Positions 38,645 through 52,148 are shown, counted from the first letter of the stretch. The stretch: DNA of 64,000 nucleotides from Chiloscyllium plagiosum (GCF_004010195.1 NC_057751.1:6352699-6416698); one strand, 5' to 3'. The notes: generated by a model not told the origin, from the sequence alone. Translations and numbers: made by a program.

Positions 38645-39060
38645 ACCAGAAGGAGTAGAATTTGGCCATTTGGCCCATTGAGTCTGCATCATCATTTGAT
38701 CATGGCTGATGTGTTTCTCAACCCATTCTGCTTCCTTTTCCCCATAACCCTTGATCCCTTACCAATCAAGGACCTATCTCTCTCTGTCTTAAACATACTC
38801 AATGACTTGGCCTCCATCACCCACTGTGGCAATGAGTTCCACAGATTCCCCACCCTTCAGCAGAAGACATTGCTCATCTCTTCTAAAGAGTCAAATCTTC
38901 ACTCTGAGGCTGTGCCCTCATGTCCTAGTCTCAAATACTATTGGAAACAGCTTCTCTCTGTTCATTCTACTTTGGTTTATTCAGTAAATTCAGTATTCTG
39001 TAAGTTTCAAAGAGGTCCCCCCCCTCATCCTTCTTAACTCTATTGAATACAAGCCCAGAG
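38645..39060 (-). mobile_element. Older CR1 3' fragment
   Basis: GGCCATTTGGCCCATTGAG stem and CAATGAGTTCCACAGATT motif (LWNSL in reverse). Confidence 0.75.
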
Positions 39061-39084
39061 TTGTCATCTGCAATTTCAAATAAC

Positions 39085-39372
39085 CTCTCTTCCCATCACC
39101 CCGACTCTCATCCCAGCTCCTCCCTGCTCCCTTCCATTCTTCTGTTCAACCCTTCCTTCTGACCACCAACTGGATTCATTCTTCCAATCGACCAACCAGG
39201 TCATACCATCTCCCTGTGTTCACCTATTCCCTACCTCACCACCCTGCCTACCTGATGAAGGAGCATTGCTCCGAAAGCTGGTGTGCTTCCAATTAAACCT
39301 GTTGGACTATAACCTGGTGTTGTGTGATTTTTAACTTTGTACATCCCAGTCCAACACCAGCATCTCCAAATC
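39085..39372 (+). mobile_element. PLE 3' terminus (GGAGC-stem family) with hammerhead core
   Basis: CTGATGA-A-GGAGC-ATT-GCTCC-GAAAGCT at 39252-39279; tail ending CATCTCCAAATCA. Confidence 0.85.
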
Positions 39373-39639
39373 AGTCTTGTCCAGGGAAAACAAACACCTT
39401 TGCCTGAGGCTGAAAGTAAAATCCACATGTATGGCCTCCAGACCCTTTCGGCAGCTTGGAGTCAGACCCCTGCTGTGATGTCCCCATCTCACTCTGTCAG
39501 AGGACAGGCACGCAATTGATCCCTCAGTGAGTCCTTTTAATAGTGGATCTTTAACCCTTGAGTTCCCAATTTACTATGATAAGCAAGTAAAAATAGAATT
39601 TCTTCTTTCATGGTTCTCCAACTTCATCACTCCCCTTAC

Positions 39640-39738
39640 AAACCCACATTCCTGAAGAAGTGTTACACCTGAAACATTGACATCTCCACCTCCTGATGCT
39701 GCCTGGCTTGCTGCATTCTTTCAGCCTCCTGCTTGTCT
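39640..39738 (+). mobile_element. Short PLE terminus (third family)
   Basis: CTGAAGAAGTGTTACACCTGAAACATTG core followed by a GATGCTGCCTGGCTTGCTG body. Confidence 0.6.
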
Positions 39739-40635
39739 AACATGATCTGACTGAACAGCAGACTTGATTGACTGAATATCCAACTCTGCCTCTGCACTGC
39801 ATGGTCCTAATGTGTGATCAGCACACAATCTTATCAAATACCGTCTTCTCATCTTGTCTTTAATTGTGCTGAACATATAATTGTTTACAGACTGAAAATC
39901 TGGTTCATATTTGGGATGGAAAACATTTTGCAATCGGATGGAGTTTCAATTGATTTTGTTGGCTTAAGAACAGGAAATGTGTTTCGAAGGAGAAGTTATT
40001 TTGGTATTCATGAGGCCATTCATCTCATCGTTTACTTTCCCCAGCTTGGGAATTGCAGAAACTGAAAGCCATAGTTAGAAAGAATTATAACATTATTGTT
40101 TCATTTTATGAGTTAGTTTTGTTTTGTTTTTGCATAACCTCATCATTATCACCACACAGTTGTTAAATTTTTGCTTGATGAAACTGGGTTTCAAGAAGCA
40201 AATGCATCCGACCGTGGAATTAGATCCTCAAATAGCTCCCTCATCACCACTCTACCTATAATTACTCCAGACGTCTGTCACCCTTTGTGCAAAGGTGTTC
40301 CTTCCGCATCTGCTTGCTTTTGTCAAAACTAGAGATATTGGAGCTTTTAAAATCACTCCTCCTTCCTGTTTTCTTCACACAATGAACTACTCAGTTGATC
40401 TTTGCCTGCACAGCTGAGTTGTTGCTTTACTCAGACGTGCCGTTTAATCTGAGGATGTTCTGATTGAAATGGAAAAGAGCACCGGGCTCTGACTAATGGG
40501 ATTATAAAATCAATGAGTTGTTTTTTTTAAAAATAAAAGTATTTATGACTCGAACCTTGTTTGATTTGGAAAGTTACTTTGTTTTTCTGAGGGCTGTGCT
40601 CCCTGGGAGTTTACTCCAAGAAATTCTCATGATAA

Positions 40636-40940
40636 CATGGTGACTCAGTGCTAAGCTCTGCTGCCTCACAGCACCATCCTCACACGACTGTCTGTGTGGA
40701 GTTTGCACATTCTCCCTGTGTCTCCAGTTTCCTCCCACAGTCCAAAGATGTACGGGTTAGGTGGACTGGCCATGCTAAGTTGCCCTGTTGTGTTCAGGGA
40801 TGTGTAGGCTGGATGGGTTAGCCATGGGAAATGCAGGGCTACAGGGATATGGTGGGAGTGGGGAGGGAAGGCGTCTGGTGGGATGCTCTTTGGAGGGTCG
40901 GTGTCGGCTTGATGGGCCAAAGGGCCTGCTTCCACACTGC
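40636..40940 (+). mobile_element. HE1-related SINE (diverged)
   Basis: GGAGTTTGCACATTCTCCC V-domain and CR1-like 3' stem. Confidence 0.85.
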
Positions 40941-42005
40941 TACGACCAATAATACCCAATTCAAATCTCCAGTCTGCTTCTGAAAGAAAATGAGTTAAAG
41001 AATTTTCTCAGGTGAGAAAAAGCAATCAGTTCCTCCCTCTTTCTAACTTCCCCTTGGGCGGTTGCAGTAAAGACTTGTTTTTTCTTTCTCCTCCTGGCAA
41101 ATTATCTGCTGCTCCTGGAAGAATGATTTTTTTCTTGTATGAAAGATTAAATCCACAGTGATAAATGAAGAGAAGTTTTCATTAAAATTTACAATATGTC
41201 TTTTCTGTTTTGAGTGCAAAAATACAATGCTTTTGATTATTCTGGATTCAAATTACTAGAAAATTCACAAAAACTTAAAATTCTGATTTTCTTGCAGAAG
41301 AGCATGCCTGCAGACTGCTAAAAAAAAGTTATTAATTGAGAAACTTCCTGAGTTTCCAATTATTTTTACATCTGGGAAGGTGATGGGATGTTCAGAATCC
41401 CTGCAATGAAAGTTACAAACCAAAATTCTAATTCACTTTCAATGTAGCTGTTTATTTTCATACATCAAATGCTTGAAATCAAACCAACATATTTTTAGAG
41501 GTTTTGATTTTTCTCCCAGTCTTATGCAATGGCACATAATTTCATTGTACAAAATATCTTTCATTGTATGAAAGACTTCACCACTGAGGTCAGTTATCCC
41601 AGTGGCTGCAATAGCAAGAAATTAACAAGAAAATCTAACATGGAAACAAACTCTTTGTGCCCAACCATAACCAGTGAAGTCTTTTTCTCATCCTTCCTGA
41701 CTTAAATCTTTCCTTGTCTCTCTCTCTCTATATGTATGTAGTTTCCTCTTAAATGCACTGATAATATTTACATCTGCCACCCACTGTAATCGTGACTTAC
41801 ATGAAGATGTTTCTTTGGAATTGCTTATTTCTTAGTGACTTTCTCATTCTAGCTGTGTACTTTGCAAATGGTGGGAATACTTTCTGAAGAAACTCCACAT
41901 CTTTGCAAAACCTCTCAAAGGAAGACGTAGATTCATTCACCGAGCCAGTGTGTTTTTCTGTAAATGTTTCATTGCCTTGCTAGGTGACATCATCAGCGTG
42001 CCTTT

Positions 42006-42324
42006 GATAGATTAGATTACTTAAGTGTGGAAACAGGCCCTTTGGCCCAACAAGTCCACAGCGACCTGCCGAAGCTCAACCCACCCAGACCCATTTCCCT
42101 ACATTTGCCCCTTCACCTAACACTATGGGCAATTTAGCATGGCCAATTCACCCAACCTGCACATTTTGGGACTGTGGGAGGAAACCGGAGCACCCGGAGG
42201 AAACCCACGCAGACACTGGGAGAATGTGCAAACTCCACACAGACAGTCGCCTGATGCGGGAATTGAACCTGGGTCTCTGGCACTGTGAGGCAGCAGTGCT
42301 AACCACTGAGCCACTGTGCCGCCC
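42006..42324 (-). mobile_element. HE1-type SINE
   Basis: Nearly identical architecture to 9270-9595. Confidence 0.95.
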
Positions 42325-42327
42325 ACA

Positions 42328-43098
42328 TGATAAGGTGTAGGTGGTCTGTCCTGCCTGGTATTTATTTGTCTCTGTGCTGCTCCTTTAACAAGATTATTCT
42401 GCCCTTGTTTTGTTTCGAGAAGCAATGTAAAGGCAGAGGTTCCGATCTGTCTGGAAATACATACTTGAAAAGGCTTTTAAGTTTTGTTCAAAATACACTT
42501 GTACAATGAAAGGAGAGTGGCCAGTTCTCCAGCTCAGATTTTTTTTTCTGGTTGGGTTTGGTTTGGTTTGGTTTGGTTTCAGCAAGCAGTCTGTTTGAAC
42601 CTGGCTGATCCTTTCTCTCTCTGACATCTCTCCTGCAACAACCTATGTTTGATTTTGCATTTTTTTGCTAAGGAACTGTTTATGGGGTGGTGCAAGTCTT
42701 TGGAACAGCATCATTAAGTTGAGATAGAGTTGATTGGGTTTTCAGATAGGTTAAGTTATTTTAAATTTGATTCTTTTTTGTTCGTGTTTCATTCAGTAGT
42801 TTGTAAATAAATTCAGTTTTGTTTAAAACTGAGTGGTTTGGCCACCTTTATCACTTCTGGAATATCCACCCCATTCAAAACAGCTGGAAAAGTTAGGAGA
42901 AAGTGGGGATGCAAATGCTGGAGATCAGAGTTGGGAGTGCGGTGCTGGAAAAGCACAGCCGTTCAGGCAGCATCCGAGGAGCAGGAGAATTGACATTTCG
43001 GGCATAAGTCCTTCATCAGCAATGAGGCTTGTGAGCCAGGGGTTAAAAGTTAGGTTCTGGGCTATTTTGTTCTGATGGGGTCTGGCCTGGTCCAAACA
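42328..43098 (+). mobile_element. Solo LTR-like element (family shared with 51650-52148) containing a PLE terminus
   Basis: Shared U5-like end GGGGTCTGGCCTGGTC..AACA and AAATAAATTC. PLE insert at 42898-43044 with TSD AAAAGTTAGG. (TTTGG)n near 42555. Confidence 0.7.
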
Positions 43099-43099
43099 G

Positions 43100-43670
43100 T
43101 CTCTTGGTATTTGCAGTTCTGTATGTGAGTGGTTTGTGTACGGGGTCCAGTTCAATATGTCTATTGATTGAGTTCTTTTGCAGTGCCAGGCTTCAAGGAA
43201 TTTGCCAGTTGCTAAAATGGTTACGTTGTCCCAGTTGAATTTGTGTCCTTCGCTGTCTGTGTGGCTGGAAATGAGAGAGTGCCTGTTGGGTCCAGCAGTG
43301 GCGAGCTGATATTTGTGCATTTGTATGGTCAGTTTTCTTCCTGTATGTCCTATTTAGTGTTTTTAAGTCTTCACAGAGTATCTTGTAGAGAGTGCTCGTC
43401 CTGTTGGATGTGGATGTTGAGCCTTCCGCCTTTATGAGGAGCTGGCGGAAGGTGTTTACTGGTTTGTAAGCCACTAAGATTCCCAGGGATCTGAGAGGTC
43501 AGGTATTTATCTCTGATGTGTCTTTGGTGTATGGTATTGTCGCTATTGTGTCTGGTCCTGTGGTGTTTTCCTCTTTGGGTTTATCCCAGAAGTACTGGAG
43601 GATAGTGCTCTTGGGATACCTGTTGCGTTTCCTGTTCTGCCTTCTGGAATTCTGGGTTCCTGCAGTGTGT
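43100..43670 (-). mobile_element. Poseidon-type PLE 3' region (inverted copy)
   Basis: HSLISSHTDSEGHKFNWDNVTIL...FLEAWH GIY-YIG C-terminus; its hammerhead terminus lies at about 41915-42005. Confidence 0.85.
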
Positions 43671-43694
43671 CCATGCACATTTAAATAACTTTTA

Positions 43695-45025
43695 AATAGA
43701 AGGAGATGAAATAATGATTTCATTTGATGTAGCAGCACTCTTCACATCTATAGATATCGACCTAGCCAAGCATACCATTGCCACATATTGGACAATGTGG
43801 TTACTAGGACATCTGATGACACTAGCAAAATCAACAGGAACAGCATGCTAAAATTACTAGATCTGTGCCTCACTATTCACTTTACATTCAATGAACAATT
43901 ATACAGACAAATCAATGGGGTCCCCGATAGCAGGACTGATAGCAAATGTTTAGTAATGCAATGCTTAGAAAGGACAGCCCTCTCCACCATCCAATCCAAA
44001 CTCTAGATTAGATATGTTGATGACACCCTTGTCACCATTAAATGTACGCAACTGGAAGAAACCCACCGCCACATCAAGAACATCCTCACCAGAATAAAGT
44101 TCACCGAAGAAGAGGAAAACAACAGCAGACTCCCTTCCTGGACGTATTAGTGGAATGCACATCTACCAGGGAACTCCAGACCAGTGTGTACAGGAAGAGC
44201 ACCCAAACTGACCAGATACTGAATTATAACAACAAGCACCCCAGCACACATCAATCAAGCTGCATTAGGACATTATTTAAATGGGTAAGACAAACTGCAG
44301 CAACCCAGATCTCCAGAAGGCATAACAGGAACACCTATTCAAAGGATTTAAATGAAATGGGTACCTCAGCAGCACTATTTTCCAGTACTTACAGGACAAA
44401 CTCAAAGAAGAAAACATCACAGGACCAGATACGATAGCAACCGTACCATGCAGCAAACATATATTAGAGATAGCTATCTGACCTCTCAGACTCCTGGGAA
44501 TCTTAGTGGCCCACAAACTAGTAAATACCTTCCACCAGCTCATCATAAAGGCTAAAGATCCAATACCCACGTCCAACAGGATGGGCGTTCTTTCCAAGAT
44601 ACCATGCAAAGACTGAAAAACACTAAATAGGACATAAGAAAACTGACCATATGAGTGCATGAATATCAACTCGCCAATGCCAGACCGACCAGCACTCTCT
44701 CATTTCCAACCACACAGACAATGAAGGACACAATGGGGACAATGTAACCATCCAAGCACAGGCAAAACAGAGATATGTGAGAGAGTTCCTTGAAGCCTGG
44801 CACTCCAAGTGGAACTCAATCAATCAATCGACACACTGAACTGAACCTCATATACAAACCACTCAGAGACAGTATCAACAAACAGAGACAGACCACCAAC
44901 AGCTTATCAAAGATGCACTGATGATGTCATCTCGGGAGGCGACGAAACATTTGCAGGAAAATACACTGGCTCGATTAACAAATCCATGACTTCATCCACA
45001 ACCCAAACTACAAATCTTCTCAAGA
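43695..45025 (+). mobile_element. Poseidon-type PLE, RT core to 3' terminus
   Basis: MISFDVAALFTSI, KLLDLCLTIHFTFNEQLYRQING, RYVDDT and TSVYRKSTQTDQILNY; hammerhead CTGATGA...GAAAC at 44918-44948. Confidence 0.92.
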
Positions 45026-46857
45026 CCTCTTTGAGGATCTGCACATGTTCTAATATTTGAACCATCCCTCTTCAAAGGCCTTCTTGAATATGCTTCAATC
45101 ATTTTTTTTTCTGTCATTCCATCTTAATTGTCATCTTGTTTCTTTCAGCTCTGTCCCTTTTGGATTTACTTGATCTTTTCCACTGCTTACAACTGCTTTG
45201 AGAGTTTTGAAGGGTGGAAACCTTTCATGATAATACAAAGCATTTTCACTTTTTACCTTGCCTTTCAGTGCACTGATATTTCTTCATGGGAGTCTATATA
45301 CATCTTGTGCTCTTTCATAGTTTATTCTACTCCTTTTTGGTTTCTGCATGCCTTGCATTTTTCAATTGTCTTAACAATTCACAGAACTCGACCAAAAACT
45401 GCTCGTCCTTCTGTGCAGGCAAATGTGCCTTTAATGAAAAGCTCTGATTCGTCAAAGGTATTTCAAAACATCCCTATAGGGGGCTGGTTGCTTCAAAAGA
45501 AAAATACAGCATGTGTCTTAAAACAACACCAAACCACCTTTGAAATATGAACAATCCAACTCCACAATTTTAACCTTGATGAGAAAATAATTAAGCAGAT
45601 TTACAACCTTAATGAGTTCACTGCTAATGGGATATCTGTTGCTTCTTTCTAACTGTTCCTTCCTTCCAAGCGATCTTGTGGCTTCCCAGCATGAAGCAGA
45701 GATTGTACGCTCCCAGGTAATAGACCTTTCTGCTCTCCTTAGTAATTGGTTCATTCTTCAGTAAATCAGACCTTTGTGAAACAGATAATGCTATGACCCC
45801 TTGTTTGATTGATGCTTTTGGCTTTCAGATGGTGGTCAGACTGCTTTCCAAAATGATGGAGTAAGATTAATTAAAATTTGCACCTCCAGTAAGAAGTTCT
45901 TTATTTGATTTCCTTGCTTCATTGACTGACCTAATTTTACAACGGCTGAGACATGATAATTCTCTGGCTTATTTTGAGTTCTGTGAGCATTGATAATTGA
46001 ATGATGCTATTCTTCAACAGTGAGCCTAGACTTGGGGCATTGGCAAGTTATTCAACCATGAGTTATCGCTCCAAAGTTTGATCTTATTCTCTCTTGATGT
46101 CCATGCAATTAATTGTAGCTTTTGACCTTGTGCGAGAAGATAAAATGATTTGGGAGTTATCAGGTTATTGAGTCAGATATCCAGTTCTATTTTGTGATCT
46201 GGCATTACCATCTGGTCCAAAATGTGAAAAAACAATCAGTGAGTCATGCAATCTAGGTGTGTTTCTACCTTTTTGATGTTTCTAGTCTTCTTTCTGACAG
46301 AGAAAAAGGTTTCCACAAGCGTCAGAGGTCAGATTTATGTTTTCTTTCTTTGATCCATTCATGATATGTGAGCATTGCTAGTCAGGAGTGCATTTATTGT
46401 CCTTGAAAACGTTTTGAGTAGCACCCATGTGATGTTGGCAAACCCATAGTGCTGATATGAATTCCAGGATTTTGACCCAGTGACAATGAAGGAACAATTC
46501 ATTGTGTTTGCATTAGCCACAATGCACAGCTACTCTAAATGGCACACGCAATATCATTTGGATATGAACCTCAGTTCCTGATGTTTCAGCCAATGGATAA
46601 CACAATCAGAGCTGGGCGGATACACAAGTCATATCATCGAGCAAGCAACACAAAGTTAGCACAAGGCTTCTGTTGCAATGAAATGCTTTGCTAAATTGGG
46701 AATTGCAAACTCCTCACCGGTGTCATGGATGGTTCAATTTAGCCTCAACTAAACATGTGTATTTAAGTTGACAGTAAACATAATCCAGAAGAAGAACAAC
46801 CTTCCAATAGATACATGCCCACTTAAAAGAGGTTTATCAGGCTGAATCTTACCAACA

Positions 46858-47661
46858 CTGGAAATGTGTTGCTGGAAAAGCGCAGCAGGTCAGGCAGCAT
46901 CCAGGGAACAGGAGAATCGACGTTTCGGGCATAAGCCCTTCTTCAGGAATGAGGAAAGTTTGTCCAGCAGGCTAAGATAAAAGGTAGGGAGGAGGGGCGT
47001 TGGAAATGTGATAGGAAATGCGATAGGTGGAAAGAGGTCAAGGTGAGGGTGATAGGTCAGACTGGAGTGGGGGNNNNNNNNNNNNNNNNNNNNNNNNNNN
47101 NNNNNNNNNNNNNNNNNNNNNNNNNNNNNNNNNNNNNNNNNNNNNNNNNNNNNNNNNNNNNNNNNNNNNNNNNNNNNNNNNNNNNNNNNNNNNNNNNNNN
47201 NNNNNNNNNNNNNNNNNNNNNNNNNNNNNNNNNNNNNNNNNNNNNNNNNNNNNNNNNNNNNNNNNNNNNNNNNNNNNNNNNNNNNNNNNNNNNNNNNNNN
47301 NNNNNNNNNNNNNNNNNNNNTCATTTCCCCTCCTCCCACCTTGTCTCAGTCAAATCCATCGAATTCAGCACCGCCTTCCTAACCTGCAATCTTCTTCCTG
47401 ACCTCTCCGCCCCCACCCCAGTCTGACCTATCACGCTCACCTTGACCTCTTTCCACCTATCACATTTCCGACGCCCCTCCCCCAAGTCCTTCCTCCCTAC
47501 CTTTTATCTTAGCCTGCTGGACAAACTTTCCTCATTCCTGAAGAGGGGCTTATGCCCGAAACGTCGATTCTCCTGTTCCCTGGATGCTGCCTGACCTGCT
47601 GCGCTTTTCCAGCAACACATTTCCAGCTCTGATCTCCAGCATCTGCAGACCTCACTTTCTC
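46858..47661. mobile_element. Larger fold-back PLE terminus spanning a gap
   Basis: 13-bp TSD CTGAATCTTACCA at 46842-46854 and 47662-47674; arms over 200 bp; intact hammerhead cores at 46919-46946 (-) and 47538-47565 (+). Confidence 0.92.
47074..47320. other. Assembly gap (247 N) at the centre of an inverted repeat
   Basis: Run of N. Confidence 1.
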
Positions 47662-48849
47662 CTGAATCTTACCAGCTACAGGGTAAGCAGAAACTTTGGG
47701 GAATTTCATGAAGGGTTTCTCTCCTTGAGCTCCAGCGAGTTAACTCACATAATTTCCTTTTGCTCACCAAATTATAGACATACCACAATTCTGTGTCCTC
47801 GTGCTATCATCACTCAGGTTTTGTGGATATATTCATCACTGCCAGGTTCTTCTGAGATTTCCACTGCCAGTGTCATACTTAAAGCCCACGATGCGCCAGG
47901 TCTGTTGCTGACAACCACAAATTGCTCTTCATCGTACACATTGCGGAGTTAACAACAGAGAACAGCTTCTGAGGGCATGGATGACAATTCAATGGAAAGA
48001 GAAGCTTGAATTCATAAATTTGGTGCTGCTGAACATAATCACCTGTCTGATCAACTGTCATTGTGTTTGCAATTACACAGGATTATTATCCTTAACACCA
48101 TACGATTTTAGACTCCAGTCTCAAAGAGTGCTACCCTCTCTCTGATGCCCAGTGTAGCATAACTGTTGAAAAATTGTCTAATTACAAATAGAGGCCATAC
48201 ACAGGTCTTGTGAAATTGATGAACACTGGTTTATTTCTCACTATATCATGGGGAGGAGAAATTGACCAAACTGATACAAAATAGACATTTTGCACAGTTA
48301 AGTCAAGGATTCTCATCCCTGAGCTTCAGATACTGACAGTTCTGATAGGGTGACAGGAGTAAAATGTTCATTACCAGACAATGCAGTTTTGATTGCAGTT
48401 AATAGAAAACAATTGCTTATCCAGCAGTATCCAGCAGTTAACAATTGTAACAGGCGGTTTCACGAATCTGCAGAAACGGGTACTAATGGCTAGCATCCTG
48501 GCTTCAATAGGTTCCTAGAATAGTGTTCATTCTTGTCAGGTATCTTGGTGCCACCTAGTCTATGTGGGGATTGAGTACCTGGGGGAGACAGGGAATGCCC
48601 TTGGGGCTTCAGGAATAGTGATACTATTGTGATGTAGAAAAAACAGTTAGCAGATCATTTAGTTAGTGTATTCCTTCAGTTGGGAAACTGCTTAGGTATT
48701 TGCATTTGCTTCTGAGAATAAAGAGGGGCTGCTTGCCTTTCAAGCAACATCAAATTTACAGTCAATGAATGATTGGTTCAATCCCGTCTGTTTTATTGCA
48801 CCTGACATTACACCGCTCCGTCATACTGAAGGTGATGATACCCATGATC

Positions 48850-49770
48850 AATGTCCGCAGCTTCCTCTCTCAAGGCTGCTGACATCATTCTGCCTGTTCT
48901 TCCATATCCATCATATCCCATTTTTTGCCTGATCCATTTGTGCATAGCACAACATTCAAGAATGATTCAGCATAGTTTGTCTGGAGTATACCGCAAGGCT
49001 CACGCCAGCCAGCTCCAAGTATCAGAACGTCATCTTCAGGAGCCTTATTAGCTGCTTTGTGATAGTCCTGATGGAAGAATGGGTTGCATTGTTGCTCTGT
49101 TTGGATTGCAGAATGGAGTCATGAGCCACATTTGCAGAGGGTAGCCCTTGCCTCCCAGCAAACATTTTTGTCAAGTGTCTGGCCCTTGAAATGAAACAGG
49201 AACACAAGAGCACTCAATGATATAGACATCATGACAGCTTCCAGGAGCCTTGGCGTAGACTCCGAAGATAGGTATCAATGATCGCAGACACTTGGGCATT
49301 GATGGAATGGAAACCCTTTCTGTTGATCCAGTCTTCCACGTTATGGTATGACATTTTCAGTGCAATGTTCTTAAAGTCGAGAGCATCCTGCAACTGGGGT
49401 GATCCAGCTATGTTGGCAAAGCCTACTGCCTGACCTGTGACCCCAACCTCTCAGGGAAACAAGATGAAGTAGTATGATCTGTCACAAATTCCACAGTAGC
49501 AGCCTTGGTAAATTTGCTGATTTAGGATTGAGGGAATCTATACAGGAGGCAGCCATTTACAACACTGTTAAAAATGACTGCTACCTTGACAGCCACCCGG
49601 ATAGATCCGCCACCCATCCCTGCAGGTCGCAAGGCCCACTCCAGTAGATGATGCAAATCTGTGATAGTGGTCCCTGACCATCCTCAGTCTGCAGCAGCAA
49701 TGTGCCTTCATTCATCTTGAGGAAATATGGATCTCCTGAACTTCCTCCACATCCTGAAGAGACCCTCAGC
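48850..49770 (-). pseudogene. PIF/Harbinger (HARBI1-like) transposase relic
   Basis: GFANIAGSPQLQDALDFKNIALK...INRKGFHSINAQV, LLGGKGYPLQMWLMTPFCNP and IRLLKMTF motifs, with stops and frameshifts. Confidence 0.9.
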
Positions 49771-51451
49771 TGTGAAATATTCATGTGGAGGCTTGTTCAA
49801 CACTGCTGGAGTTTGCTGTTGGCTCTGGGCCTGCTGGCAAATTTGTTCCTCCTCGATCTCACTACATCTTCATTGCAATACGGTCACAATGATGATGACC
49901 CCTATGTGGCTAGATCCCATAGAGATGTTCCCCATTTCCATGATTATGCATGTCGGTGAATTCCACTGTGTGAGTGCCACTTGAAGAGTCTCACATCGCT
50001 CACAAGAAGAATTTGTGTTCTCAGACCAAAAAACATGTCCTGTGCCTATTCGGTCTGGGAGCACCCTTTTTCATTTCCAATGTGGAGTGACAATTTGCAT
50101 GAGGATGGAAGGCAACATAAACTGTGCTTTGCAGAGTCGGTCACAGATTCAACCTGTTCATCTAAGTGATCCCTACAAATCATTTTCTTCATTGCATACC
50201 CTGTCGACCCCATCAGTCCTGAGCTTCCATATGTTTCATCCAACGCAGGAGCAGCTTCCCTCTTTTCTGACTTGCAGAGCGGCAATTGTTTATTCTGTCG
50301 AGGTCATAGTGACCCTTTCTCTGCCCCCCTTTCTACATTATTTGTCTCTCGGTACTCTTACAAGGTTACCTTGTTTGTGTCTTTTTGTTGCTCTGATCTT
50401 CTTCCTGACAGGGAAAAAGGTCTCTTTGAGGATGTTTTTCGAAACCATTCTCTGCATCTAAGGCCAACTGCCTTCAGAAATGTAATTTCCCAATATTTAA
50501 TACAAGATTAGAAGTTTAAATGTATGAGTATATGTCTATTCTAATATATAATTGTAGTTATTTTAAAAAAAAACTCATGTCAAGTGGTTCAAACTTTCCT
50601 TTTCTATTTCATTTTCAAATCAGAAATATCAAATTAGATGTTTTCATCTGAGCTGCGTTGTCAGAGGCTTACTGTTTGCATCCTAATCCCATTTTACTAA
50701 GACTCAGAGGCATTTTATTGTCTGGCTGTGTAGGCCATGATTTGAGTTATATGAAATGCTACATCAGCTAAAATTTCCTTCGATTGTCTTTGTCAGTTAA
50801 AAAGAAAACCCCTAATAGCCATTTTGTCATATTCAGCCATGGGCAACTACAACAATTTTATTAATTGATTAGAAATGTGACAAGACTCCTTGTTTTTTCC
50901 CCCTGTCATGCTTGCATGAAATGGCTAATCTCATAACTGTTATTTTCAAGATTAATGTGCCTGTACAAAGTCAACAGTGTTCTTTAGTGGTGATATCTAT
51001 TGGTGTGTACAAGACAAACTTGAGTCTTATTTTAAATTACAAATGTATTTCTGCGCTTCTTTCTGACAAATGTTATTGATGACGTTCGTACCCTGAGGCT
51101 CTGAGAGCATCACTGAATTCATTCGTAGTCTTTTTCCATTGGTGTTGATGTTTGAACTTACTCATGCAAGATTACAAACTCATTTTAATTGCAGTAATGA
51201 CTTTTAGGTGTAAGTCAGCAATAAAATTGAGTGTGTACTGGTTGGTCCATGTTTCTTTGCTATAGTTCCTGATGCATCTGAATAGCAACATTTTGCAGTG
51301 GATTAAAATCTGTTGGAAGTCTGCTGATTTGTGCATTCTCAGGTAGTCATCTCTATTGTGACAACGCTGTCACTTCAAAAAAATTATTTTGTCCTTGAGT
51401 TTTCCCAAGTGAGGTCATAAAGGCAGAGGTGCCGAAATTTCACGAAATGTT

Positions 51452-51645
51452 GTTAAAAATCACACAACACCAGGTTGTAGTCTAACAGGTTTATTTGGAA
51501 GCACTAGCATATTCTCCACAACCACCTGATGAAGGAGCAGTGCTCCGAAAGGTAGTGCTTCCAAATAAACCTGGTGGACTATAACCTGGTGTTGTGTGAT
51601 TTTTAACTTTGTACACCCTAGTCCAACACTGGCGTCTCCAAATCA
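51452..51645. mobile_element. Fold-back PLE terminus (GGAGC-stem family)
   Basis: 51452-51508 is inverted relative to about 51551-51607; CTGATGA...GAAA core at 51526-51550; 38-nt tail. Confidence 0.9.
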
Positions 51646-51649
51646 GGAC

Positions 51650-52148
51650 TACTTTAACAATGGTATGGGAGTGGCTCGTTCTCCCAGTTCAGGTTTAATT
51701 TTAGTTTGGTTTACTTAAAGCAGAGAAGCTGCTGCTGGCAGGCAGTCAGAAGCCACGACAGTGCAAAAATATTCCATGCTTCAGCAGATGATCATGCCTG
51801 ATTTCTCTCTGAAATCTCTCCTACCTGTAAGAACGTGTGTTTGAATTTACCTTTTGCCAAGGAGTGTGTTTATGGGATGTTCCGAGAATTGGAACAGCTG
51901 CTTTGTTAAGATGTAGTATCAAGTCGGTTGAGTTTTGGAAATATTCAATTATTCTAAATTCTATTTTCTTTTGTTCATGTTTCAACTGCAGTGTTTAAAT
52001 AAATTCTGTTTTGCTAAAAGCTGAATGGTTTGACCCATTGCATCACACCTGGAATACCCACTTCACTTCTGCCTTTAAAATAAGAAAATGTTTGGGTCGA
52101 GACTACCTTCTTAAAATACTTCGAGGGGGTCTGGCCTGGTCTATAACA
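51650..52148 (+). mobile_element. LTR-like element 3' part
   Basis: AAATAAATTC and an end GGGGGTCTGGCCTGGTCTATAACA homologous to 42328-43098. Confidence 0.65.

Noticed and set aside
48163..48750. Possible minus-strand LTR (TGTTG...CAACA)
   Set aside because: No TSD and no second copy in the window.
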